Assembly: GCF_018350175.1 (NCBI RefSeq)
Contig: NC_058368.1
Coordinates: 94,490,001-94,554,000, forward strand
Direction of reading: 5' to 3'
DNA: 64,000 bases
From: Felis catus
Lineage: Eukaryota
A program made the position numbers and the translations under genes. Positions 38,101 to 52,600 of this stretch are shown piece after piece; position 1 is the stretch's first letter; each line of letters opens with the position of its first letter. The notes under the pieces are model-generated. The model was not told where the DNA came from and did no database searches. It was given only the letters and a program-made list of their open reading frames with translations.

Positions 38101-41100
38101 GCTTGTGATTCCATTTATAGGAGCTACTTAAAGTAGTTAGAAGCACAGAGACAGAAAAGGGGAGGGTAGTTTCCCCGGGGGCCACGGGGAGGAAGAATGA
38201 AGAGTTGGTGTTTAATGGGGAAGGAGTTTCATTTCTACAAGATGAAGTGCAATTTGACATTAAAAAAAAAATTTTTTTTTAGTGTTTATTTGAGAGAGGG
38301 AGTGAGAGAGAAAGAAAGAGAATGAGGGAGGGGCAGAGAGAAAGGAAAACACAGCATCTGAAGCAGGCTCCAGGCTATGAGCTGTCGGCACAGACCTGGA
38401 CATGGGGCTCGAACTCACAAGCCATGAGATCATGACCTGAGCCGGAGTTGGATGCCTAACTGACTGGACTACCCAGGCGCCCATAATTCAACATTTTAAA
38501 GTATTTTTTTTTATTTTTTTCCCAACGTTTATTTTTATTTTTGGGACAGAGAGAGACAGAGCATGAACGGGGGAGGGGTAGAGAGAGAGGGAGACACAGA
38601 ATCAGAAACAGGCTCCAGGCTCTGAGCCATCAGCCCAGAGCCTGACGCGGGGCTCGAACTCACGGACCGCGAGATCGTGACCTGGCTGAAGTCGGACGCT
38701 TAACCGACTGCGCCACCCAGGCGCCCAATATAATTCAACATTTTAAAATGAACCCCTTAAAGGAGAAATTTTAGAAGGATGCAGCAGAGAAGATGTAAAT
38801 TGAAAAGGTCACAGAATTTAAATATTTATCATAAATATTTATAGGATTATCACAAAAAGTGTAAGAATCATTATTTTTTAAATTTCCAGTAAGAATAAAA
38901 TCTCAGGTAAAAATACAAGTGATTTGGGCTTAGCACTTGTAAAGGCCATTAAATATTAAAATGGATAAATGTAGGAAGAGCGTAGATGCATTGGTATTTT
39001 TCTGTGATACTGTAAATTAAGGAAATAGCTAACATACCCCCCCCAAAAAAAAGAATTGCCTGAAATAAATACACAATCAACTGAGATTTTGAAATGAGTT
39101 TTGTTACCCTAGGCTGATGGCCATAGGTATAATTTTAATGAGATATGGCCTATATTTTAGTATCCTACAGAATTACATTTTATCTTTATCGCACTTATTC
39201 AATATAAGATGTGCTAAGTATTTCAACAGGTAGATTAATATGTGCTCAGAATTTAAATTTTCAGACAATACAATTGAGGAGTATACATGATAAGTTATCC
39301 AGTGTGTTCTCTCTTTCTTTGGCCTGTCCTGTTTCTTAAATGGATATCTATTTATTTTGTCCTTCATGCCTTTACCACTTTCCCCTCTGACCTATGGCAC
39401 ATGCCCTTGCCCGCTGCCTCGCTGACACCTCTCTCTGGGACATCCGTGACTTTGAGACTTTTGACCACATCCTCTGGGAAACTTCTCTTTTGTCTTCCCG
39501 AGACTGGGATATGCAAACCCGGTTCTCCTCCTATAGCTCACGTTTCTCCTGCTGCCGTGAGCATCCTTAAGACCAATCACAGTTATGGGACACCTGGGTG
39601 GCTCAGTCGGTTAAGCGTCCGACTCTTGATTTTGGCTCAGGTCATGATCTCAGGTTTGTGAGTTTGAGCCCCGCATCAGGCTCTGTGCTGACAGCACGAA
39701 ACCTGCTTGGGATTCTCTCTCTCCTTCTCTCTCTGCCCCTCCCCCGCTCTCTCCCTCTCTTCTCTCCCTCTCTTCTCTCCCTCTCTTCCTCTCTCTCTTT
39801 CTCTCTCAATCAATAAACTTAAAAAAAAAAAAGAACCATCATGGTTCTTTTCTCTCACCTTTCTCTTCTGGTTTCCATGATCGTTTTTATTCTGTGCACG
39901 TCCAGTGCCCAGCAGATACAAGGTGATCAGGAAAGCCTTGTGAAAGGATCACGACTCCGCCTGTCCCCTCCTGTCTTCTGTTTATCCCGTGGTCATTTAC
40001 ACTCAGGATTTCGGCCGCTGCACTTTATTTCTGTCTCTGAGTTGCTCCTGTTATCAATTTCTCTCTGTCGAAGTACCACTCTACTTCCCATGGCCCAAAC
40101 TTGAAGACTCAGAGATATCCCGGACTCCTCTCTCTCTCTCTCTCCATCTGCCATCTAGCCACCCTGTCTTATCTATTTGTTGCTGAGGATGTCTTCTGGA
40201 TTCTCCCCTGACTTACCAGCTCCACTGCTTCCATGCTAAGCCAAGTACACGTCTTCTTTCACTTAGCCGGTTACATGAGCCTTAGCCTTCATTCAGTTCC
40301 TTTCAATACCATTCTGTCTCCTTCGGCACTGTAGCAATAAAGTTTGTCGGCAACAACTTCCTGATGTTACCCCAATTGTTGAAACGCCTTCTCGCCACAC
40401 GCAAACTCTTGGTCCTGACATTCGAGGTTCCCCGCAGCTTTCATCCACCTGGTCTACTGGCCCTCCCCCTCTTGACTCCCCACAAAAGAAATTCTGTGCC
40501 TCAGTTGTGTGGTCTGCCCATCACACCAATTCCTGCTTTATCTTCTTAGTCATATGCTACCTTCCACTTTCTCTCCCACCATTTCCATCCTATCCATCCT
40601 TCATTGCCCGTCTCAAGTTCCTCCTCCAGGAAGCCTTCCCTGACTTTTCCATCACATGCCTGTGTTTTCCTCCTCTACTTGATTCTGGGACTCATTAACA
40701 GCTTCTTCTGCAAAAGTCTCAGCTAGCTCTTGACTGAAATAGTAAGTTCCCCACTGGTAGACAGTTGTGTCCTACATACCAGTTTATGTTCCCACAAGTA
40801 GCTGGCAGAGCATTAGAGAATGACTTCTAATTAATACTTGCTGAATGAAAATTATACTCTCGTAAGAACGCATACTAAATGTGCAAGTATTCTTTTGCCC
40901 GATGAGCCGTCCAACATTTGGCCTGGATTTTCCCATAGCCTCCTAGAATTTGGGCACTTGAATGTACCAAATTGCAGTGGAGGGCCTGTCAGCATGGGTT
41001 GGCTTCCATTTATCAGTGAGATGGACCCTCGACCCTCTAACTTCTTCATTTCACGTACCTTGTTGAGATCAGGCATCGAAGCATGGAACAAATATGGAAA

Positions 41101-44100
41101 GTGTGCACATTATTTAGCAAGTGGAGGTTTTTTTGAGCGTGTATCTTTTTGAACCAAACAGAAACAATTATGTTGAGATTGAAACAGCCCTTGATTTAAC
41201 CAAGTACCTTGCTGAAGAAGATGAAATCATAGTATGGTATGCAGTCTTGGTGAACCTGGTAACCAAGGATCTTGTTTTTGATGTGAACAACTATGATATG
41301 TACCCATTATTAAAGGTAATCTCCTTCTTTGTTATGGGGTTTGGACAAAAATCCTCTCTTCCTCTTTCTGTATCTAGACAGCATCTGTGAAACACATCTT
41401 TCCGGAATTAATAGTCTATTCGTTCCATATATACATTGGTTTTCTTAGGGACGGCTGGTTATTCTTAGAAGAAAACACTTTAGTCATAGACCTGATCTAG
41501 GAGTTGAGTGTGAGAGAACTTTGGAAAGGCCTTTAATTCTTGGTGAAGTAAAAGGTGCCCTAAGAATCCAGGAGTGGATGGATATGGTATGCCTTTTCTC
41601 TTATAACAACTATTTTCCCAAAAGATTGTTAGTCAAACAGAAAGGCTTTTTCTTTAATGTTTATTTTTGAGAGAGAGAGAGCACATGCATGTGAGTGGGG
41701 GAGGGGCAGAGGATCCAAAGTAGGCTCCCCACTGACAGCAGAGAGCCCAATGCAGGGCTCAAACTTGTGAACCAAACTCAAGAACCATGAGGTCATGGCC
41801 TAAGCCAAGGTCGGAAGCTCCACCGACTGAGCCATCCATGCACCCCTAAACAGAAAGACTTTAAAAACCCCATACTCATAATTGAAATACTCTGATTTAC
41901 AGGACTAGCACTTAACCAGAGAGGTATGTTCCAGAAAAAAAAAAAAAAGTGCAGGTTTTGAAGCTGCTTTTGATGTTGGCAAGTGAGAGAGGGAAATTGG
42001 AATTAATGAGACAATGACACACCATCATAACTGAAACAATATAAAAGGAGGAAAGTTCCATTATTAGATCTTAAACAGTGATCAGAAGAAAGATGGCCCA
42101 GGGAAGACCAAAGCAACAGTTGGGGAGCAACCGTTTGGAGAGGTAGGGACCAGAAACAAACCAGAAAGTTGCCACGTGATAATGCCAAGTGAGCTTCTGG
42201 GGGAGGCTGAGGGCAAGATCACAAATACCTCAGGGGCCCAGGCTTTGCTTCTTCTGCTGTCCAAAGTGCTGGTGGAAAGGTCCTTGAACGTGGGCATGGT
42301 GACCAAGGAAAGAAGTCACTTAACTGTTCATGGCATCAAAGTGGCTTGTTGATAATATCTGATGCCTGGTTCTGGGTAAAGAAGTAAAAACTAGTATTTG
42401 TTTTTAAAAAATTTCAATGAAAAACATCTACTTTGTTCTTAGGGATATCTTATAAATGGGTAACTTTTTTTTAAGGTTTATTTTATTTTTTGAGAGAGAG
42501 AGAAACTGAGCATGAGCAGGGGAGGGGCAGAGAGAGAGGAAGACACAGAATCCGAAGCAGGCTCCAGGCTCTGAGCTGTCAGCACAGAGCCCAACATGGG
42601 GCTCAAACTCACATGTGAGATAATGACCTGAGCCAAAGTCGGATACTTAACTGACTGAGCCACCCAGGCTCCCCTCAATAGATAACTTTTATAATCTTAT
42701 TATTCATCAGCTGATAGAGCAGTTGAAGAAACTTTATTTCAGACTCAGGGCTTAAAATGGTCCAAAGCATGAATCCGTTTTTATTTTCTTGGAGGTGTAA
42801 ATACTAAGCATGGAGATGTTAAGGTAGAAAGTTTAGTAGTTTAATATTTTTTACATTTCTTTCTCTATGTTCCAGGTGATATTAAGTGGTAATAATACCT
42901 GATATTTATTGAGTTCCTACGTGCCAGGCAATGCATTCACATATGTAATATTGTTTTGTCGTCCCAAAGCTGTGCTATTGGTATTCTTGTCCATTCCATT
43001 TTCCCAATCAGGAAACTGATGTAGAGAGGTTACAAAATAAACCAGTTATACGTTTAGTAACAAATAAAGATAACTTCTGAAGACATATCTGTCACTTCTC
43101 TACTAATGTCTTTTCGGACAAAGAGAAATATGATGCAAATCCAGTGTTGCAAGCCAAAATTAACAGTAGGTTTTTCCTTATTGTTTATAGAAGTATCTGT
43201 TAAAGAGACTTATCTCAATATGGAATATGTATTCAACTGTAATTCGTGAAAACGTGGCAGCATTACAAGATGACTATTTAGCCCTGTAAGTATTTTTGGA
43301 GCAGTGATAATTCAATAACAAGATTTGTATGAATAGATAGGCTCCCAGATTCATATTAAAAAGATCTGGACACCTATGATTTCACTGAGAGATTGTGTAT
43401 GCAATTTGAGAACAGTAGCTCTGGGACTGGTGAGCTACATGTAGCCTAATAGGAAATAATAGTTTGGGATCTTAATTTATTTGCAAAGCACACGCGTGTA
43501 GACACAGAAATTTATAGCTCTAGACTGTCAACTCTGAGGCTGCTGAAATATCCGAGCCATTTACTTGTGAGCATGTGTAAGTATTGCAAATGGTTTTCCT
43601 ATCATTGGTGTGGTGAGAGGAGTAAGCAGGTTGTCCTGATGGTCTGAGAAGGAGGAGTGAAAGACAAAATAGGGCTGCGGTACCCCCGGCCTCCCTGTGA
43701 CCCAAGGTTTGTAGGGGAGTTAGGGGCTTCTAGATTTAGAGAGGGAATTTGTTATCTACAGTGGTACAGGAATTATGTTTACAGCTCTGGTCAACATCAA
43801 ACTGAAATCAATGAGGCCAAGCCAGTAATACAAAATACACAAAATGTGATTACTCACTCTCAGGAGTATCCTTCTGAGAGGGGAGACATTTCAGTGCTAG
43901 GGCATGTGACATGGGGTTGACCAAACACGTAAAGAGAAGATGGCGAGGACTAGCTGGGATAGTTAAGTGGGCAGGCCAGTTGGGTGAATGAAGAGGAAGG
44001 CAAAAGTGTGTTCACACAGGCAGCACAGACCTTAACCCGCCATAACCTTGGCTCTCCTCAACTAGACAGAAGTGACCATCCAGGGCCAGTTGTCTTCAGA

Positions 44101-46619
44101 GTGACTTTGGGGAGTTGGTGTACTTGTAGGGAATTCTGTCTTTTGGCAGCCTACTTGGGATGGGTAGGGAGATGGTGTGAGTGTGTAAACGAATGCTCAG
44201 AACCATCACTCCGAGGTCCTCCAGCTTTGGACATTCTTCTTCTCAGAAAGTCAGGCCAGGCTGGGTTGAAACAGGAGGGTGAAGCAAGCAGATTTGGCCC
44301 TTGCATTTTCTGGAAATTTATGGCCACTTGGTGTTCCGTTACCTCTGACTCCAAGTCAGAGAGTAGGGAGTATAGAGAGACGTACCTCAAAGGAATCGCT
44401 TATCTGGATTTATGATTACCCTTCACCATATTCTTTTGAACTGTTTTTGTTTTGAACCGTAATGTGTGGTCCTGCTCAGCTATCAAAACAAAACAAAACA
44501 AAACAAAACTCTCTGGTCTTTTTCTGGATGAGAGCATAATAGCCAAACAGAGTAGAGGACGAAACAGAAATTCAAGCAAGGGAAAGCATATTGTCCAAAG
44601 GGAGAAAGAAACCATTTCCTCTCCTTTCTGTGTAGAGAGAAAAAAACTTTATTTTTAAGGTATTAGATCAAATACTACAAAACCTTCTTTTTTTTCCTAT
44701 CCATAAGGCAAATTATTGTAAAAGGGAGGAAAAAATAAATTGATAACAGATGTGGAGTGTGTACTCCCACGTATGTTTGCGGGAGGTGAGAGATGGCAAT
44801 AATTTATTCCCAACTTTCAAAAAATACCAATCTTGGGAGTTTATTTGGTGCCTGAAAGCCTCTCAGCAAATATTTCTCTGAGCCCTAAATAAGTTTGCCA
44901 TCCACAAAAGCTATTTTTTTTTTTAAACAAACCTGGTATTATTGGAAGGATATTTTAAAATACCCATCCTTTTATGAAACACACATAGTTGGAGGCAGGG
45001 AGAAAAAATGAATATAGTAAATGGAGCAAAATACAATGTTTTTCTTTGTGCTCTCTTTTAAGCGTGGCCCTGGAAAAACTTTTTGAAACTGCGTGTTGGT
45101 TGGGACTGGAAGACTGTCTTCAGCTGTCAAGAGAGCTCTTCAAAAACTGGACAAACCATCCAGAGAATGAGTAAGAGTAGTGTCGGATTGCCCTTGTTTT
45201 CGTCCTGTTTCAACACCAATAATGTCTCTCCCTTTTTGATGTTTTCTTTCTGGGAATGATTGTTTTATTTTTGTTTGGGTAGTCTGTGTCTCCTATTTTC
45301 TTCAAGTACCTTTTGTTTTTGTTTTTGTTTTTTTTCCCCCCTGTCGATTTGCCTTAGGGTTATGAGTTCGAGCCCCACGTTGGGTGTGCAGATTACTAAA
45401 AAAAAAAAAAAAAGATATGAGCCCAAGCTCAATTATCAGCATATGTTGATTGAACTATTATAATTTCCTTCTTTCTTAAACCTCTTTAGTTTCTAAGCTA
45501 GTCTGATGATTTCTTCTCAGTTAACTTTCTAGATCCCTGCTTTTGATCTCTGTATCTGAGATCTCCATGTGTTTTTCTAGGTACATCCTTCTAAATATAT
45601 AACAGCATAGATTCCACATATGGATGAAATCATATGATATTTGTCTTTCTCTGACTTATTTTGCTTAGCGTAATACCCTCTAGCTCCATCCACATTGTTG
45701 CAAAGGGCTAGATTTCATTCTTTCTGGTCGCTCAGTAATATTCCATTGTATATATATACCACAACGTCTCTATCCATTCATCAGTCGATGGACACTGGCT
45801 TCTCTCCATAATTTGGCTATTGTTGATAGTGCTGCTATACACACTGGGGTGCATATGCCCCTTCAGATCAGCATTTTTGTGTCCTTTGGATACATTGGCT
45901 ATTGTTGATAAAGGAACAAAACAAATGAATGTAGGAGAAGGGAAGGAAAAAATAAAGTAAGAAAAAACAGGGAGGCAAGCTATAAGAGACTCCTTTTTTT
46001 ATGTTTATTTATTTTTGAGAGAGCAAGTGAGTGGGGGAGGGTCAGAGAGAGAGAGAAAGACAGAGAATCTGAAGCGGGCTCCGCGCTGACAGCAGTGAGC
46101 CCAATGTGGGGCTCGAACTTACGAACCATGAGATCATGACCTGAACTGAAGTCAGACACTCAACCTACTGAGCCACCCAGGCGCTCCTAAGAGACTCTTA
46201 GCAACAGAGAACAAACTGAGGGTTGCTGGAGGAGAGGTGGGGGAAGATGGGCCAGACGGTTGATGGGCATTAAGGAGGACACTTGTTGGGATGAGCACGG
46301 GGTGTCGTATGGAAGTGATGAGTCACTGAATTCTACTCCTGAAACCAATACTACACTACATATTAACTAACTTGAATTAAAATTTTTTTTAACGTTTATT
46401 TATTTTTGAAACAGACAGAGCATAAATGGGGGAGGGTCAGAGAGAGAGGGAGACACAGAATCTGAAACAGGCTCCAGGCTCTGAGCTGTCAGCACAGAGC
46501 CCAACATGGGGCTCAAACTCACAGACTACAAGACCATGACCTGAGCCCAAGTTGGACGCTCAACTGACTGAGCCACCCAGGCACCCTGCTAACTAACTTG
46601 AATTTAAAGTGAAACATAC

Positions 46620-46663
<44 letters not shown>

Positions 46664-49600
46664 TTAACAACCTAAATAAACATATAAATTGACTACTATG
46701 AGAAATAGCATTGCACCTTCTACCTTACAGAATACCTTATCCGATTAAAAGTGTCGTTTTATGTTATGGCGTTGCCTTCGGAAGTGATGAAGAATGGGAC
46801 TTTTTGTTAAATATGTACTCTAATAAAACAAAGGAAGAAGAAAGGATTCAACTCACTTATGCGATGAGCTGCAGTAAAGACCCATGGATACTTCACAGGT
46901 AATCTGGCCAAAGTTCTCGGCAGAGAGGGAGGGGTGGGTGGCTGGGTGGCCACTGGGTGGCTCAGTCAGTTAAGCATCTCACTTCGGCTCAGGTCATGAT
47001 CTCGTGGCTCATGAGTTCGAGGCCTGCATCGGGCTTTCTGTTGTCAGCATGGAGCCTGCTTCGGATCCTCTGTCCTCCTCTCTCGGCCCCTCCCCTGTTC
47101 TCTCTCTGTCTCAAAAATAAATAAACATTGAAAATATTTAAAAAATAAAAAGGTCCTAGCAGAAGAATGCAATTCATAAACCAAGGGGAGTGAAATAGAC
47201 CACGTGCTCATATAGGAATTAAAATAATACCTATTTGTGCGCTGACTCAGAACCCTAAGGGATCTTATGTCCATTTGTTGAAATCCACTCTTTATATTGG
47301 ATAATGTTTGCATATTTCTTTTCTGCACATGCATTTTTGCAGATATCTGGAGTATGCCGTCACGGCAGCTCCGTTCACTTTTAACGAAACAAATATAATG
47401 GAAGTTGTGGCGGAATCTGAAGTAGGCCGGTACATTGTGAAGGACTTTTTAATCAACAATTGGCAAGCTGTGAGTGAAAGGTAAGGAGCTAACAGGCAAC
47501 CTCTCTTTCATACAGATCACTGGTTTGGGGCTAGAAGCTCAGCTTTAGCCCGTCAAGGTCCCAAAAGTCCTTTGCCTGGATCAGGAAAGTGACGATTTTG
47601 CTTGCATTCAGTCTCATTTGTGGAAGAGAAGGTCGCTTATCCCCAGTGTTGGCTTTCTATGTGAAAATGGATTTGCATGGGATACTTACCTACCTCAGTT
47701 TCCCCACTGTGCCCACTAAGAAGATTGTCATCAGACACACAGAGTAGAGCAGGTCATGTGCTTTGGTTTGAGCGCACACCACCCATTCATTTATTTTGTG
47801 AAGCAGACCGCTACATTTCAAGAAACACCAACGTTCATCGCTTCCTTGCGTCTTATTTGTTATAATATTCCCTTTACATATCTGGGTTCCATATTCTTGA
47901 ATTTTTCATATTTCTCACCTTTTGAGATGAAATCTGCTTGCCTCATAGCCCCCTCTTGGGTGAAGTAAATGCTGACGAGCAAAAATAAGACAGCATGCTG
48001 GGGTACCTGGGTGGCTCAGTCGGTTGAGTATCTGACTTTGGCTCAGGTCATGATCTCATGGTTTGTGGGTTTGAGCCCCACATGGGGATCTGTGCTGACA
48101 ATTTGGAGCCTGCTTCGGATTCTCCCCCTTTCTCTCTCTGCCCCTCCCCTGCTCACGCTCTCTCTCTCTCTCTCAAAAATAAATAAACGTCAAAAAATTA
48201 AAAAAAGAAATCAGCATGCCCTTGATGGCTGGTCTTTCTAGAACATTACTTAATCATATCTGATTAATCACATCACTGAAAGCCTAGAATAATGTCTTAC
48301 AAGTGCTCACATACTCTAGAGTTAGCAAATACAAAGTGGCCAACAGTTCAGGTCCAAACACCTGTAAAGGTGGAAGATGCTTTTTTGCAAATAAATTTAT
48401 CCTTGTGGGACAGAAAGTATATTTAGAATATAAATGTTTAAAGAATGTGAATATAGCTCTCTTAAGGAACAAAATCATGGAATGTTTTTCTTTTGTAAAC
48501 ACTTATTGAATTCCTTTACAATACCAAAATATTGTGCTTTTAAATCGGAAGTTTGCAACACACAGGCACGGCTGGGTGGCTCAGTCAGTTGAGCATCCGA
48601 CTTTGGGTTCATGGGTTCAAGCCTCACATTGGGCTCTGTGCTGACAGTGTGGAGCCTACTTCAGATCTTCTGTCTCCCTCTCTCTCTGCACCCCCCCAAA
48701 TAAATAAACATTAAAAAACAGAAATTTACAACATGGAGGTAGAGACTTATTTGCACAGTATCATTTTTCTGGTCATCAGTGGAATGCATTTAGCATAGTC
48801 ACATACTAAGAAAATTGACCTTACATCCAGTTTTATATTTTCTAAGTTCATTGCTTTGGAGGGTCTTTGGAATTCCTTAAATTTTCTCAGATTCCTAAGA
48901 CTTTGGCAGTAAAGGGTATCCTTCCCTTCTTGCTTCAGTCATTAAAAATAATACCCCCCTTCCTAGGCCCTACTGGGAATTTGGGAGTTGAGATATAAAT
49001 CAGAATTATTGACATTGGTCCCCTTGTTCCCTGAGATTTCAGAGATCCCAGCCTCACAGGGGTGTTTCTTCGTTTCTCTTCTCTCTCCCTGGAGTTTGTA
49101 ACAACAGTGCTGTCTCCACTTGGCTTTGCCTGGCCTGGGAGGTCACCTGTCCTCTTGCTGCTATGGGGCACTCACTTCAGCTGCAGCCCTTGACTGTTTT
49201 CTTCCCATGCTTCCTACCAAACAGTCTAGTAGCAGTTTGGGCATGAAAATGTTGAGAGAGCAGCTCCTTTAAGAAATATGTTTTGATTCACCAGAGGTCC
49301 CAACTTGTCATCACCACCGGCTATTGATTCCTCCAATCCTTCCCGTGCACTTTTGGGTCCCGAGGAAGACAGAGATTCACAGTTATGAACCAGGCTTAGT
49401 ATTTAGCTGTGCCTGGCACCTAGTATGTCCTTGCAAGTGCTGAGGATTGAATTTATTATCATTGTGGCTCATAGTGACATGGTGCCTGGCGTTCAGGCGG
49501 GTGATCCCAGCCACAAGGTTGGAAATCGCCTGTAGTAGCTAAGAAACCTAAAGACCTCAAGCCCACCCACCCATCCCCCCTTCAAAATCAAAATCTTCCT

Positions 49601-52600
49601 GGCGCCTGAGTGGTTCAGTCGGTTAAGTGTCTGACTTTGGCTCAGGTCATGATGTCATGGTTCATGAGTTCAAGCCCTGTGTCGTGCTCTCTGCTGTCAG
49701 CACGGAGCCTAGAGCCCACTTCGGATCCTCTGTCCCCCTCTCTCCCTGCTCCTCACCCCCTCTCAAAAATAAACATTAAAAAAATAAAAATTAAAATAAA
49801 TAAGTAAAATCAGAATCTGCCAAAACAGGGCAGAAATCTGCACCTTTCACTAGCTCCCCGGGCAACTCTGGTATAGTTTAACCTGGAACCATTTGGCACC
49901 TGAGTAAAATATTATCTGAGGCTGCATTGCTCAATATGATAGCCACTAGCTAACATATGGATATTTGAATTTACATTTGAACTGATAAGTAATGAAATAA
50001 AATTTGAAATTCGGTTCCGCAGTTGCACTGGCCCTGTTCTAAGAGTGTGATAAGGCCAAGCAGCCGCCACGTTGGACAGCTCCGATGTAGAACATTGTCA
50101 TCACCACAGAGAGTTCAGCTGGATAGCACTGCTCCTGGGGGTAATGAGCCCCTCAATTCATTTTTTCCTCTCTTCTTCTTCATGCAGGGCACATGTGCCA
50201 ACCAAGCCCCCAAAATGCCTTTGACTAACCCATGGGGAAGACTCCTCTCAATTTAAGTGACTTGAAGTGTATTTTAACTTTTATTCCTCAGAAGAACCCT
50301 TTTTCTGTGGTTAGAGAATGAGAACATGTTGGTAACACTCTCTGAAAAGTCCACCGTGTAGCAATTTATTTAAGCGATGTGCATAACAATATTAAATGGA
50401 GAGAATGCCTCCCCTTTCTTTTAACTCTAAATGGGTCTTATTAACCTCAAGGAGCTCCTAGAATTATAAATGTATAAACTCTTTTTTAAGTTTATTTATC
50501 TTTTGAGGGAGAGAGAGAGAGAGAGAGAGAGCGAGAGCGCGCGCGCATGAGTGGGGTAAGGGCAGAAAGAGGGAGAGAGAATCCCAAGCAGGCTCCACAC
50601 TGTCAGCACAGAGCCCCATGCGGCGCTCGAACTCACGGCCCTTTAGATCATGACCTGAGCCGAGATCAAGAGTCGGACGCTTAACTAACTGAGCCACCCA
50701 GGTGCCCGTAAATGTATGAACTTTTAATCCATGGCTTGAATATTTTTATCTCTTATCGACAAAATTTCATGCCCATAAAACAGATACCTATTTACAGCAA
50801 ATTCATCTCAGCCCCCTCCTCTCATAGAGTCTGCTACACAATGTCTTTCAGACTCAAATAAGTTTGCTTTCTACATCAAGTACATTTATTTTTATTTATT
50901 TTTTATTTATTTCATATTAATTGTAATGTTCATCAGTCTTGCTGGATTTTGCCAATAATTTGGTTTCAATAAACGGTGATAACATTTATGGATTTGTAGA
51001 AGGAAGTAAAGTTCAAATTAATAATTAAACTGTCATATACACTAAACATGAAACAAGAATGCTTAGTCAATTCTTTGTACATCAGAGCAATTAATCATCA
51101 CGTATTTCAACAGTTACATTTCAAGGGCGTCTGGGTCGCTCAGTCGGTTAAGCGGCTGACTTCAGCTCGGGTCATGATCTCACGGTTTGTGCGTTCAAGC
51201 CCCGCGTCGGGCTCTGTGCTGACAGCTCGGAGCCTGGAGCCTGCTTCGGATTCTGTGTCTCCCTCTCTCTCTGCCCTTCCCCTGCTCGCACTCTGTCTCT
51301 CTCTCTCTCTATCAAAAATAAATAAACGTTTAAAAAAATATTAAGAGTTATACTTGACAAGAAGACTAGCATGTTACCTGTCTCCATACAATGATAAAGA
51401 CAGCATGAAAGGATAAATAAAAAAATGCCTCTGACAAATTAAATTTTACCTTAATTATGTGAGAAAGACTTATTCTGAGTTTGCTGAAACGTGACTGATG
51501 ACGAGCAAGTTAGCTTTGAAATTAGTGTTTCTCCAGTACGTTCCACTGAGCATTGTTCATGGAAGACGGTGCTCAGACTTCTGTGAGCAAGAAAGACCGT
51601 CAGTTTGGGAACTGTTTGAATCTCTGCTTTTTGCAAATTCACAGTCTATGCTAGCATCATAAAGACCCCAAGAAGCCCCACGGAAGGAAATCTAGAGTTT
51701 TCCACACCCCTTTTCCTGCATCTTATAGCCATAACTGTATATGTGATGTTCATAGAGTGTCATTTTGCCAGGAGAGAAGTTCTGGGAGAGAAACAGATAA
51801 CATCAAACTGAATGCTCTGACCCTCTCCTCTGGAGCTGTAACTAAAGCAACAACTGTTTATTGTTTACTTGTTAACATTTCAGCCTTGGTTTCCTCTTAC
51901 ATAGAACGAAAGGTATTCTCTTTGATCGATTCCAAGGTTCCTTCTCGTAGTAAAAAAGTTCTAGTTTCTCCATGCCAGGGCACAGTTAGTTTAAGCTCTT
52001 GTCAGGAATACGAGGTGACGAGGACATGGTATCTGACAAATGCTGGAGAGGAGAGCTGGGGAAGGTTTGGGGGAACCCAAAGAGAAGAATGGCATTTGTG
52101 TGGGATTTGAACAAGCAGTTGGGAAAAATTACCTTCTGCACGGAGGAGAGGACACCAGAAAATGCCTCAGGGCAGGACTGAGTGTCTGACTTGGGACCTG
52201 TCACAGTAAGTGGGTCAGGAAGCCTCCTCTGAAACTATATTTTGGAATATTTGTTCGAAGGAAAAGAGCTTTGGTTTGGTCCTGCCCCTCCCTCCCATGT
52301 TTAGGGCACTGGTCTGGTTGCTGCAGGGTATTTGAGTTCATTGTTGGGCCGGAGATGATCTTTTGAGTCCTGATGCCAATGAGGGAGCCTCCACTGACCA
52401 CAAAGACATCTTGCAGGCTGCAGAAAAGTGCTCTCGGGCCATTAGCTACAGATAGATCTTATGGAAGAACATGTGGATATAGACATGAGGCAGTAGTGTT
52501 TGTAGGCATTATTCCTGGAGGCGGTAGAAACCCTCTCTGTGCCCTGGCATCCTGGTCAAGTGCTTCTGGCTTTCTTACAACAATGTAGACCTTGCAGCCT

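Larger units (their letters stand above)
45607..46610. mobile_element. 5'-inverted carnivore L1: antisense 45607-45894, then sense 3' end 45911-46610, with two nested SINEs
   Basis: Antisense agattccacatatggatgaaatcatatgatatttg...; sense aacaaactgagggttgctgg...ttctactcctgaaaccaata. Confidence 0.8.
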
